NCBI RefSeq assembly: GCF_026210795.1 | Contig: NC_089431.1 | Coordinates: 1,550,001 to 1,614,000 of the forward strand | Reading direction: 5' to 3' | Origin: Rhizophagus irregularis | Taxonomy: Eukaryota | DNA: 64,000 nt | Shown: positions 51,378 to 64,000 of the stretch, piece after piece | How the letters are laid out: every line of letters starts with the position of its first letter | How positions within the stretch are numbered: position 1 is the first letter of the stretch | The notes under the pieces: generated by a model | Database searches by the model: none | What the model was told of the DNA's origin: nothing | What the model saw: only the letters and a program-made list of their open reading frames with translations | Program-made: the position numbers and the translations under genes

Positions 51378-53468
51378 ATGTCAGGGTCGCAACTTAGGGT
51401 CCACGCCACTCGGTCAAGTACAAGACAGCAACAAGATAAAGAAGTTAACAAACCAGGACAACAGCAAACTCTTCAAGACTCGATACATAAACCAGTCTTC
51501 AATATCAATCCTATTATTCAGGATTGGCAACCTGCAAGTTCTCGTAAAACTAAAAGAAAAGATAAAGAAAAACAAGTTGAACAAAAACAACAGAAAAAAC
51601 AACCTCGTTTGTCTTTTAGGCAACATAAATCTACTGAAAAAACTACTGATGATATGGATATTAGTCAAGATACTTTTGCTTCTTCATCTGAAAGCGGTGG
51701 CGCAGCAAAATCCAATACAGATAATCAAGTAACACCAGAAAATCTAGATGCACCAATTGATGGTGAAAAAAATGATGAAATGATCGTTGACAATGGAAAA
51801 ATTGATAATCAAACAGATGATCAATCTTTTAATAAGGATAATCAGAAAAATGGTGATACTAATGACATAATTAGTGATAATCATTCAGAAATTTTTAATA
51901 AGGCTAAACCTATTTTAGTTAAAATCAAAAAAGATTCTATTCCAGGAAACAATATTATTCAAAAAAAGTTTAATTTGAGAAAACAACTAGCTGGAATTAA
52001 TGTTACCCTGGCCGGGGGAGTTATCTTAAATAAGAAAGAACCCGAATTTATCATTTTACCAATCATGAAAAATGATTATGATAAAATTATTAATCTAGAA
52101 ATTGATATTATTGATGATGAACAGTCACATGAAAATGGTGAAGATGCAGAGTCGAGTACTAATAGTAAGGTTAAGGAAATAATAAAATTTACACCATATC
52201 AAAAAACTAAAAAAGTTTTTACTGAAGAAGAAATTAAAGACAGAAATTGTAGAACGATTAAAGTTATAAATATTCCAATTGAAATTCCTAATTATCAAAT
52301 TAGAGCTGTATTTAACAAATATGGTGAAATAGAAGAAAATGGCTTTTATACCAGAATTAGAAATTTATATATTCAAGCTTTTATTACATATAAAAAAGAA
52401 GAAAGTCTACAAAAATTTTACAAAGGCATATGGTCAGAATGGATTGGAAAACATCAAGTACTTATTGTGCCAAAAATTTTGTCAGAAGATGAAATAGAAA
52501 AAAGATCAATGTATACAGTTAAATTAACTGGATTACCATGGAATTCAACTGCTTATGATATACATGAAGCTTTAGAAGTTAACAATCCTAAGTATATTTT
52601 TATACCACGTAATCCAAATAATAATAAACCATTGAATTATGCAATAGTTTATTATGAAAATGATGAAGATATAGGTATTGCAGCAGAAAGAAATATTATT
52701 TTTTGTAATAGAACGCTTCATTGGGGAACTCCAGGTGAAAAATCATGCCATAGATGTGGTTCCTTTGATCATTTAATTAGTAAGTGTGATATTGAACCAT
52801 CTGCTAAACCACGTGTAATGAATAGAAAGCAAAAGCTTAAGGAGTTTCGTCAAGAAAATAACAAGAAGTTTAAAAAAGGCAGTTATGCAAATGTAACAAA
52901 ACAAAATTCATTTGAAAAACGTCAGCAAAGTAATAATTCAAATAATTATTCTAAATATAATAATGGAAATATTAATAGATATTGGAATAAAAATATTTCA
53001 CGTGATAGAAATAATAACGTTAATGAAAAGTCACTTGATCAAGGAATTTTCACGCAAATTAAACAACTTAATGAGAATTTGAATAAATTAGCTAATGATT
53101 TCAAAAAAATCCAACAAGAAAACTATCGTATTAAATCTGAATTTTATAAATATAAAGAAAACAAGTCTACAACAAGTTCAGGAAAAAATATTAAAGTCAA
53201 TCAAGATAGAAGTACAATCGCCTTACAAAATGAGAATAACAAAAGATCAAGAGTTGATAATGAACAACTTGAAGCCTCAGGATCTTCAGATATAGAAAAT
53301 AGTTTAAATAAACAAAATAATGAAATTAATAGATTCGGTGATGCTTTATCAACTATGAGTAAAAATATCTCAAAAATTATGGAATATTTTACTTCTGACA
53401 ATAATAATGACGTTAATAATTTTCAAGGGGATAAAATTATTGACAATAATGAATCCCATGAGGATTAA
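51378..53468 (+). CDS. LINE ORF1 (two RRM-like regions, CCHC zinc knuckle, coiled coil)
   Basis: RTIKVINIP..IRAVFNKYGEIE, YTVKLTGLP, CHRCGSFDHLISKC (C-x2-C-x4-H-x4-C). First ATG is at 51378. Confidence 0.88.
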   Translation: MSGSQLRVHATRSSTRQQQDKEVNKPGQQQTLQDSIHKPVFNINPIIQDWQPASSRKTKRKDKEKQVEQKQQKKQPRLSFRQHKSTEKTTDDMDISQDTFASSSESGGAAKSNTDNQVTPENLDAPIDGEKNDEMIVDNGKIDNQTDDQSFNKDNQKNGDTNDIISDNHSEIFNKAKPILVKIKKDSIPGNNIIQKKFNLRKQLAGINVTLAGGVILNKKEPEFIILPIMKNDYDKIINLEIDIIDDEQSHENGEDAESSTNSKVKEIIKFTPYQKTKKVFTEEEIKDRNCRTIKVINIPIEIPNYQIRAVFNKYGEIEENGFYTRIRNLYIQAFITYKKEESLQKFYKGIWSEWIGKHQVLIVPKILSEDEIEKRSMYTVKLTGLPWNSTAYDIHEALEVNNPKYIFIPRNPNNNKPLNYAIVYYENDEDIGIAAERNIIFCNRTLHWGTPGEKSCHRCGSFDHLISKCDIEPSAKPRVMNRKQKLKEFRQENNKKFKKGSYANVTKQNSFEKRQQSNNSNNYSKYNNGNINRYWNKNISRDRNNNVNEKSLDQGIFTQIKQLNENLNKLANDFKKIQQENYRIKSEFYKYKENKSTTSSGKNIKVNQDRSTIALQNENNKRSRVDNEQLEASGSSDIENSLNKQNNEINRFGDALSTMSKNISKIMEYFTSDNNNDVNNFQGDKIIDNNESHED

Positions 53469-53491
53469 ATACCCTTTAAATATTATCTTTA

Positions 53492-56400
53492 ATGATGAAC
53501 AATAAAAAAACACATTCTTTTAAGAAAAAACATTATAATAATCCTTCCCCTGTTAATCAAAAATCACGTTCAAATTTAAATAATCAACAAATTTATCGTC
53601 CGAAAACACGTCAACGACTCAATTTATCAGATATAATTAAAATAGCTTCATTGAATATTAAAGGTATAACTGATGTTAAAAAACAATTCTTAATTGATAT
53701 ATTAGGTGAATATAATATAACTATTTTGGGTCTATCAGAAACTAATATATCGAACAAAATGGCAAAACATTCTTTTAATTTTTATAGAAATAATTATGTT
53801 ACTTATTTTGCAAATGAGGAAACTAATTATAGGGGAAATGGCGTAGGTCTTATTATTAAGAAAAATTATGCACGGCATATAGTCAATTATAATAGCTTCA
53901 AAGGAAGAATTATATATGTTGATTTTATTTTTAGTGGAAATAAAAAAATGAGAATCATTAATTATTATGGAAAATCTGGACGAGTTACTTTAGACAATTT
54001 TAATCAAGAAGTTAAAATTTATTTTGATAAAATCAAAGAATTGGTTAGAGAAAGTAAAGCACAAAATGCAGAAATTATTCTTCTTGGTGATTTTAATCTT
54101 CATTATGAAAAATATCTGGATGATAAAAATAATAATCGTAAAATGAAAAAAGAACATAAACTTTTTGAATGGATTGAAGATGAACAAAATTTTTATGATC
54201 CTTTCTATATCATGTTCGATAATTTATCACAACATTTCTTAAATACTTTCTATCCTTTTAATACAAATCAAAATCCTTCTAGAATAGATTACATTTGGGT
54301 AACAGAAAATTTATTTTCAGAAACACAAGAATGCAAAATTGTTAATACAACAACAATTAATACTGATCATAGAATGTTAGTGTATTCAATATGGTCAGAA
54401 GATTTGATTGGGAATATTGCTAATATCAAACGGAAGGAAGGATTTAAAGAAGTTTATAAGTATGATAAAATGGATGGAGAGCAGTGGGAATTATTTCAGA
54501 ATGATCTTAATAAATACATTTCAAATTCAGAAATTTTAAAATTTAATTTTAACGATAAAAATAATATTAATCATATATGGGATAAGATCAAAAAAGGTCT
54601 TGTTCAAGCTAGTAAAAATTGTATTCCAATAGAAAAAATCAAATTAACTAAAAGTCGAGTCAACCCAATGAAAATATCTAATGCATATAAAGTAATGAAA
54701 TTTTTAATAAATTTCAGACGTTCAATTAAAGATTCAAGAAAAAGAAATCATGTGATCAGAAATTGGATTACATATAGAAAAAAATTATTGGAAATTGGAA
54801 GAGAAAAAAGTGATTATTGTTGGAATAAAATTCCTAAGGATGATAAAAGTGTCAAGGAAATTTTTGAAGAAATAAAAAATTTATATCAAATTTATTTAAT
54901 CCTATATAATCACGATCTTTTACAATTCAAAGAAGAAAAAATTAAACTAGCAATTGACCAACGCTGTGAAGATTTATTAGAAAATCAAAAACGTATGATT
55001 AATAGTGTAATGGAACGTGAAATTAAATCCATTGTATTAGACAGAGTTCTAATTAAAGAAAATAATGAAGATAAATTAATCACTGATGAAGAAAAAATAA
55101 AAGATATTGTAAATGATCATTTTCAAAATATTGCAGGATCAACAAACCAACCTAAGATTTTATCAGAATATTAGGCAAAATTTTATTTTCCACAAGATGA
55201 AATTAATGATAAAATTTATAAAGATTTGATGGTAGAGCCTACAAATGATGAATTGAATGAAGCTTTAAATAAATTATCTAATAATAAAGCTTCTGGACCT
55301 ACGGGTATTAGTAATGAAATGTTGAAACACACATCTCCAGAATTTAAAGAAATTATTAGAAAATTAATTATTTTAATTTTTAATAATCAAGAGATACCAT
55401 TAGAATGGAAATATGCTAATGTTTATCCTATACCAAAACCAAAGCCATGGGGTTGTCAACTAGTTAATACACGCCCAATAACTTTATTGGAAACGGCTAG
55501 GAAATTAATGGTATCAATAATGAATGCAAGATTATCAACAATTCTTCAGAAAAACAAAATTCTTAAAGGTTTACAATTTGCTGGATTGCCTTTCAGTTCA
55601 ACTTTTGAACCATTAAGAATTATTAATGAAATAATTCAAGATGCTAATGAGAATGATAAGGAACTGTGGATTTTATCATTAGACATGTCAAAAGCGTATG
55701 ATCGTGTTAATATTTTTATGTTAGAAAAAGCAATGCAACGTCTTAAAATACCAAGTTCTTTTATTAATTTAACAAAAAAGTTGTTTTTAGGACGGAAAAA
55801 TAGTGTATTTACAGCAGGAGGATTAAGTAATCCATATGATGTAATGGTTGGAATCGATCAAGGGGAAATAATCTCACCACTTTTGTGGTGTATATATTAT
55901 GATCCACTTCTTACTGCCATACAGCAAGAACACTTTGGATATCGTGTAAAGGCAAAAAAGAAAATCAATTTATATGAAAATATAGAGGTAGAAGTAAAAC
56001 AAAATATTACCAGCATGGCATATATGGATGATACTAATATGTTAGCTGGCAATAAAGAAGAATTAGAAAAAATATTAAAAACAGCTGATGACTTCTATAC
56101 TCTTAACGATATTCAAATAAATAAAGAAAAATCTGAATTGTTACTTAAGAAAAAGAATTTTAATTTTAATGAAAAAATAGAGTTAGAATTTGGCAATCAG
56201 AAAATCAAAATCAAACCTAAAGGAAAAACAGAAAGTCTTAGAATCTTGGGTGTTTGGTTCAATATATATAATGATAACAATTTTATCAAACAACAAGCCT
56301 TTGATGAAGTCAAAAATTTAAGTAATAACCTGCTGAAGAACAAATGCATAACAGATAAAATTAGTTCCTATATTTTTAATGCTGTAATATTACCACGTAT

Positions 56401-58996
56401 CGAATATAGGACACAAACGATAATACTATCAGAAAAAGATTGTGAAAAAATCATGGTTCCTTATAGAAAAAATTTTAAAAATAAATTAAAGTTAGCTTCA
56501 ACTGCACCAAATATAATTATGGAATTGAATTTATTATATAATATTCGTTCAATTTTTGATAATCAATTGCAAGCTAAGGTTAATAATTTTATAATTCAAA
56601 TTAATGATCAAGGAATTCTAGGAAAAATAATGGAGATTCGTTTAGTAGATATTCAAAATAAACTACTTTTACCTTTCAATCCTTTAATTAATTTTCCTTT
56701 TTCTAATAAAGATTTAATCTTTATGGGTCAACATTTGCGAAATAATTTTATTATTAATAATTTATTATTAATGAAAAGTTATAATTTTAGTATAGAATTT
56801 AATAAACACAATATTGGGAAAAATAGTACTGTATTAGGAAGGGGACGTCATATTATGGAAATTGTTGGAACTGAAAGTTTTTTGAAAAATATAAAAATTT
56901 TACGTATGAATAATTTATACTTTTTGGACCAATTTTTATCTCCTGATAACAAAACTCTTCTGACATGGTGGAATATAAAAAATAAGATATTTGCTCTTAG
57001 TAATAATAGAAATAGTAATGTAGTTAATACGCCAAATATATATAAAAAAATTCAGTCTTTAGTTACAACTAATGGAAAAAATTATAATGTTAAAGAGGAA
57101 TATATAGATAATAATGTAGTCACAAATTTGGGTGGTTATGAATTTTTACCAATTAATATTCATATTAATAATATTATAACATCTTTTAATATGTTTCATT
57201 TTGAAAATATTTATGGAAAAATAATTGAAGAAAAGCCCTTTACATATATTTTTGAACATTTTAAAAGAATATCGAACACAAGTGAAATTAATTTGTTTAT
57301 TAAAGTATGTAATGGTTGTGAATATAATATTGGTCAAATAGAGGGTAAATGTATAATAGAATCAATGAAAACTGAAATATATGAAGTGAGATATAAAAGA
57401 CTTATTAAATGGAAGGGATATAAGGCATATCTTCTAAAGAAAGCACAACATAATTATATGGAAAATATTATAAGATATGATCAATTTTTTAAACGAAACC
57501 CTTTATATTACTCTTCATATGATAATTATCAATTACGTTTTGATGAAAATAGTTTAGATATTATTGAAAAATATATAGATTTATCATTAGATAAACAGAA
57601 ATTATTTGATTCAAGAAAAATTTTATATGATTCAAATGTTAAAGATTTTGTTTGCTATACAGATGGTTCAATTAAAGATATTACCAAAGAATATGTATCA
57701 GCTACTTTTGGAACAACTTTTTATAATTTGTCCTTGCAAAAAATTTTGGAATTAATATCATCTTATAATAATTGGATTTCATCAACACGTGCAGAAATTT
57801 TTGCTTTATTAATTACTTTGCTAATAGCACCTTCTAATAGTAATTTAACAGTTTATACAGATAGTGCTAGCGTTATTAGTAATTTTGAAAAATTTAAATT
57901 TTATAATTTTACTTTAGTTACTAGACAAATTTTTAAAATTAGTAATAACAACATTCTTTGGAAAATAATTATGGATATTATTAAAGAAAATAATTTATCT
58001 GTTAATATATTTAAAGTTAATGCTCATACAGATAATTCTTTAAATAATTATGTCGACAATATTGTTTCTTTGGTACATAATGATCAAAATTTAGGCATTA
58101 ATTTAAATTATAATAATTTTTATGATCTTCCTTGGATTCCCAAATGGAATGGCATAGTTATAGAAAAATCTTTAAGAAAGTTAATTACATTAACAACCAA
58201 TACGAAAAATTTGGAAAGGTTTTTAAATTTAAATAGAAATGATAAGTATAGAAAATGTGAAATAGATTGGTCAATTTTTTTTAATAATTTTTTGGGAGAA
58301 AAACAAAAATTATACACTGATTTCAAAGAATCAAAAATTAGAAGACGCAAAATTCAGTTGATGATTGAAGAACTTCCTTGCATTGAACAAATTAAAAGAA
58401 CTTTATTTTCATTATATAAAGAAAGGTTTTGTCCTATGTGTGAAGAGGATGAAGAAGATTTCAATCATATCTGGTTTTGTGAAGAAAGACGAGAGGATAT
58501 GGATGATTTAATTTCAGGAGTACAAAATTGGCTTCTTTTAGAAATTAATAAAATTTTAGATCCTATTAATCATATTACTCTTGAACATATTAAAAATCTC
58601 AATGATATTTGGAAACTTGAAGTATCAGAGGATCACATAACTTTCATAGATTTAATTAAAGGTTTCTTTCCTTGTTCGTTAATTAATTTTTTTAAACAAT
58701 TATTATCTACGAAATCAAAAGTTGAAATTTTGTCATATAATTTTAGGAATGAAATTTTGGATAAATCTATGATTTTTTGGAAAGTGAGGTGTAATAAACT
58801 TAATGAAATTGATAGAGGTTTGGGAATTGATAAAAATGTTAAAAAACAACATTTTGGTAAAGAGCAGTTTATTGACAAAACGCGTAAATCAAAAAATAAG
58901 AAATACTTTAATCTACAAAGTCTTCAAAGTCATATTTATTTTGGGGGTAATACAATAGATTACTATAATATTGTTGATTACGGTAGTGTTTCGTAG
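53492..58996 (+). pseudogene. LINE ORF2 (AP endonuclease, reverse transcriptase, RNase H, C-terminal Zn finger) with one in-frame TAG at 55172-55174
   Basis: APE: ASLNIKG, GLSET, LGDFN, SRIDYIW, TDH. RT: RPITLL, LDMSKAYD, GIDQGEIISPLLW, AYMDD. RNase H: YTDGS, RAE, YTDS, KVNAH..N..VD. Zn finger: CPMC..HIWFC. Copy 2 has TGG at the stop position. Confidence 0.93.
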
Positions 58997-59313
58997 TATT
59001 ATTTTTATTATCTTTTGATGTTGTAGTAGTAATTAAAGGAGTTGTGGTGAGTTTTTATATAACATTACCGAAGTCCATACGAATAGTAGTAGTTATGCGG
59101 ATAGTTTAGTGAACCTATTTGGGTGAGCAGGATGGTAGATAGTTCTTTTGAACATAAAATCTTAAGTCCCTAATAATATTATAGTACTAGTTCGATCGTG
59201 TTCTTTACTAAATGTTATATAATGTAGATCTTTTCCTTTTTTGTAATTTTTCTTATTTCTAAATAAAGTTGACTTCGTTAAAAAAAAAAAAAAAATATCA
59301 AAATACGATTTTT

Positions 59314-62300
59314 TTATAGGGGAAATGGCGTAGGTCTTATTATTAAGAAAAATTATGCACGGCATATAGTCAATTATAATAGCTTCAAAGGAAGAATTAA
59401 ACATGTTGATTTTATTTTTAGTGAAAATAAAAAAATGAGAATCATTAATTATTATGGAAAATCTGGACGAGTTACTTTAGACAATTTTAATCAAGAAGTT
59501 AAAATTTATTTTGATAAAATCAAAGAATTGGTTAGAGAAAGTAAAGCACAAAATGCAGAAATTATTCTTCTTGGTGATTTTAATCTTCATTATGAAAAAT
59601 ATCTGGATGATAAAAATAATAATCGTAAAATGAAAAAAGAACATAAACTTTTTGAATGGATTGAAGATGAACAAAATTTTTATGATCCTTTCTATATCAT
59701 GTTCGATAATTTATCACAACATTCCTTAAATACTTTCTATCCTTTTAATACAAATCAAAATCCTTCTAGAATAGATTACATTTGGGTAACAGAAAATTTA
59801 TTTTCAGAAACACAAGAATGCAAAATTGTTAATACAACAACAATTAATACTGATCATAGAATGTTAGTGTATTCAATATGGTCAGAAGATTTGATTGGGA
59901 ATATTGCTAATATCAAACGGAAGGAAGGATTTAAAGAAGTTTATAAGTATGATAAAATGGATGGAGAGCAGTGGGAATTATTTCAGAATGATCTTAATAA
60001 ATACATTTCAAATTCAGAAATTTTAAAATTTAATTTTAACGATAAAAATAATATTAATCATATATGGGATAAAATCAAAAAAGGTCTTGTTCAAGCTAGT
60101 AAAAATTGTATTCCAATAGAAAAAATCAAATTAACTAAAAGTCAAGTCAACCCAATGAAAATATCTAATGCATATAAAGTAATGAAATTTTTAATAAATT
60201 TCAGACGTTCAATTAAAGATTCAAGAAAAAGAAATCATGTGATCAGAAATTGGATTACATATAGAAAAAAATTATTGGAAATTGGAAGAGAAAAAAGTGA
60301 TTATTGTTGGAATAAAATTCCTAAGGATGATAAAAGTGTCAAGGAAATTTTTGAAGAAATAAAAAATTTATATCAAATTTATTTAATCCTATATAATCAC
60401 GATCTTTTACAATTCAAAGAAGAAAAAATTAAACTAGCAATTGACCAACGCTGTGAAGATTTATTAGAAAATCAAAAACGTATGATTAATAGTGTAATGG
60501 AACGTGAAATTAAATCCATTGTATTAGACAGAGTTCTAATTAAAGAAAATAATGAAGATAAATTAATCACTGATGAAGAAAAAATAAAAGATATTGTAAA
60601 TGATCATTTTCAAAATATTGCAGGATCAACAAACCAACCTAAGATTTTATCAGAATATTGGGCAAAATTTTATTTTCCGCAAGATGAAATTAATGATAAA
60701 ATTTATAAAGATTTGATAGTAGAGCCTACAAATGATGAATTGAATGAAGCTTTAAATAAATTATCTAATAATAAAGCTTCTGGACCTACTGGTATTAGTA
60801 ATGAAATGTTGAAACACACATCTCCAGAATTTAAAGCAATTATTAGAAAATTAATTATTTTAATTTTTAATAATCAAGAGATACCATTAGAATGGAAATA
60901 TGCTAATGTTTATCCTATACCAAAACCAAAGCCATGGGGTTGTCAACTAGTTAATACACGCCCAATAACTTTATTGGAAACGGCTAGGAAATTAATGGTA
61001 TCAATAATGAATGCAAGATTATCAACAATTCTTCAGAAAAACAAAATTCTTAAACTTTTTCAATTTGCTGGATTGCCTTTCAGTTCAACTTTTGAACCAT
61101 TAAGAATTATTAATGAAATAATTCAAGATGCTAATGAGAATGATAAGGAACTGTGGATTTTATCATTAGACATGTCAAAAGCGTATGATCGTGTTAATAT
61201 TTTTATGTTAGAAAAAGCAATGCAACGTCTTAAAATACCAAGTTCTTTTATTAATTTAACAAAAGAGTTATTTTTAGGACGGAAAAATAGTGTATTTACA
61301 GCAGAAGGATTAAGTAATCCATATGATGTAATGGTTGGAATCGATCAAGGGGAAATAATCTCACCACTTTTGTGGTGTATATATTATGATCCACTTCTTA
61401 CTGCCATACAGCAAGAACACTTTGGATATCGTGTAAAGGCAAAAAAGAAAATCAATTTATATGAAAATATAGAGGTAGAAGTAAAACAAAACATTACCAG
61501 CATGGCATATATGGATGATACTAATATGTTAGCTGGTAATAAAGAAGAATTAGAAAAAATATTAAAAACAGCTGATGACTTCTATACTCTTAATGATATT
61601 CAAATAAATAAAGAAAAATCTGAATTGTTACTTAAGAAAAAGAATTTTAATTTTAATGAAAAAATAGAGTTAGAATTTGGCAATCAGAAAATCAAAATCA
61701 AACCTAAAGGAAAAACAGAAAGTCTTAGAATCTTGGGTGTTTGGTTCAATATATATAATGATAACAATTTTATCAAACAACAAGCCTTTGATGAAGTCAA
61801 AAATTTAAGTAATAACCTGCTGAAGAACAAATGCATAACAGATAAAATTAGTTCCTATATTTTTAATGCTGTAATATTACCACGTATCGAATATAAGACA
61901 CAAACGATAATACTATCAGAAAAAGATTGTGAAAAAATCATGGTTCCTTATAGAAAAAATTTTAAAAATAAATTAAAGTTAGCTTCAACTGCACCAAATA
62001 TAATTATGGAATTGAATTTATTATATAATATTCGTTCAATTTTTGATAATCAATTGCAAGCTAAGGTTAATAATTTTATAATTCAAATTAATGATCAAGG
62101 AATTCTAGGAAAAATAATGGAGATTCATTTAGTAGATATTCAAAATAAACTACTTTTACCTTTCAATCCTTTAATTAATTTTCCTTTTTCTAATAAAGAT
62201 TTAATCTTTATGGGTCAACATTTGCGAAATAATTTTATTATTAATAATTTATTATTAATGAAAAGTTATAATTTTAGTATAGAATTTAATAAACACAATA

Positions 62301-64000
62301 TTGGGAAAAATAGTACTGTATTAGGAAGGGGTCGTCATATTATGGAAATTGTTGGAACTGAAAGTTTTTTGAAAAATATAAAAATTTTACGTATGAATAA
62401 TTTATACTTTTTGGACCAATTTTTATCTCCTGATAACAAAACTCTTCTGACATGGTGGAATATAAAAAATAAGATATTTGCTCTTAGTAATAATAGAAAT
62501 AGTAATGTAGTTAATACGCCAAATATATATAAAAAAATTCAGTCTTTAGTTACAACTAATGGAAAAAATTATAATGTTAAAGAGGAATATATAGATAATA
62601 ATGTAGTGACAAATTTGGGTGGTTATGAATTTTTACCAATTAATATTCATATTAATAATATTATAACATCTTTTAATATGTTTCATTTTAAAAATATTTA
62701 TGGAAAAATAATTGAAGAAAAGCCCTTTACATATATTTTTGAACATTTTAAAAGAATATCGAACACAAGTGAAATTAATTTGTTTATTAAAGTATGTAAT
62801 GGTTGTGAATATAATATTGGTCAAATAGAGGGTAAATGTATAATAGAATCAATGAAAACTGAAATATATGAAGTGAGATATAAAAGACTTATTAAATGGA
62901 AGGGATATAAGGCATATCTTCTAAAGGAAGCACAACATAATTATATGGAAAATATTATAAGATATGATCAATTTTTTAAACGAAACCCTTTATATTACTC
63001 TTCATATGATAATTATCAATTACGTTTTGATGAAAATAGTTTAGATATTATTGAAAAATATATAGATTTATCATTAGATAAACAGAAATTATTTGATTCA
63101 AGAAAAATTTTATATGATTCAAATGTTAAAGATTTTGTTTGGTATACAGATGGTTCAATTAAAGATATTACCAAAGAATATGTATCAGCTACTTTTGGAA
63201 CAACTTTTTATAATTTGTCCTTGCAAAAAATTTTGGAATTAATATCATCTTATAATAATTGGATTTCATCAACACGTGCAGAAATTTTTGCTTTATTAAT
63301 TACTTTGCTAATAGCACCTTCTAATAGTAATTTAACAGTTTATACAGATAGTGCTAGCATTATTAGTAATTTTGAAAAATTTAAATTTTATAATTTTACT
63401 TTAGTTACTAGACAAATTTTTAAAATTAGTAATAACAACATTCTTTGGAAAATAATTATGGATATTATTAAAGAAAATAATTTATCTGTTAATATATTTA
63501 AAGTTAATGCTCATACAGATGATGCTTTAAATAATTATGTCGACAATATTGTTTCTTTGGCACATAATGATCAAAATTTAGGAATTAATTTAAATTATAA
63601 TAATTTTTATGATCTTCCTTGGATTCCCAAATGGAATGGCATAGTTATAGAAAAATCTTTAAGAAAGTTAATTACATTAACAACCAATACGAAAAATTTG
63701 GAAAGGTTTTTAAATTTAAATAGAAATGATAAGTATAGAAAATGTGAAATAGATTGGTCAATTTTTTTTAATAATTTTTTGGGAGAAAAACAAAAATTAT
63801 ACACTGATTTCAAAGAATCAAAAATTAGAAGACGCAAAATTCAGTTGATGATTGAAGAACTTCCTTGCATTGAACAAATTAAAAGAACTTTATTTTCATT
63901 ATATAAAGAAAGGTTTTGTCCTATGTGTGAAGAGGATGAAGAAGATTTCAATCATATCTGGTTTTGTGAAGAAAGACGAGAGGATATGGATGATTTAATT
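59314..64000 (+). mobile_element. Second, 5'-truncated copy of the same LINE (runs off the window)
   Basis: Colinear with 53827 onward at a constant offset of 5487 and very high identity. It starts inside the endonuclease domain. No stop-terminated + strand ORF is reported, which is consistent with an open ORF2 to the window edge. Confidence 0.95.

Larger units (their letters stand above)
51269..59295 (+). mobile_element. Full-length non-LTR retrotransposon (LINE) with ORF1 and APE-RT-RNaseH ORF2, poly(A) and TSD
   Basis: ~110-nt 5'UTR, two ORFs, ~280-nt 3'UTR, aataaa, A16 tail. (aaa)tatcaaaatacgatttt is duplicated at 51249-51268 and 59293-59312. Confidence 0.95.

Noticed and set aside
55172..55174. 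Programmed stop-codon readthrough between endonuclease and RT
   Set aside because: The sister copy has TGG, so a simple G-to-A nonsense mutation is more parsimonious.
1..64000. tRNA, rRNA or telomeric repeats
   Set aside because: None recognised by eye; a covariance-model scan would be needed to exclude small ncRNAs.

Overview
AT-rich, intron-containing eukaryotic genomic DNA. The gene families (BTB/POZ-SPRY repeats, Crinkler N-terminus, tyrosine-kinase-like kinase, WD-like/TRP-like channel, RNase-H-bearing LINE) point to an arbuscular mycorrhizal fungus such as Rhizophagus; this is inference, not a database result. Contents: a BTB-SPRY family (4 intact ORFs, 4 remnants), a berberine-bridge-type FAD oxidoreductase, a multi-exon Ser/Thr kinase, a kinase pseudogene, small hypothetical or secreted genes, several MITEs, a probable solo LTR, a Helitron-like end with a 173-177 bp tandem array, and two head-to-tail LINE copies that run off the right edge. 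The most striking feature is the apparent satellite at 24.9-27.7 kb. It reads as 31 consecutive 3-nt micro-exons (AG|NNN|GT) separated by near-identical tandem introns. It joins a 13-nt start exon to the TRP-like channel gene in frame with no stop codon. All coordinates were read by eye, and splice models are predictions without transcript evidence.
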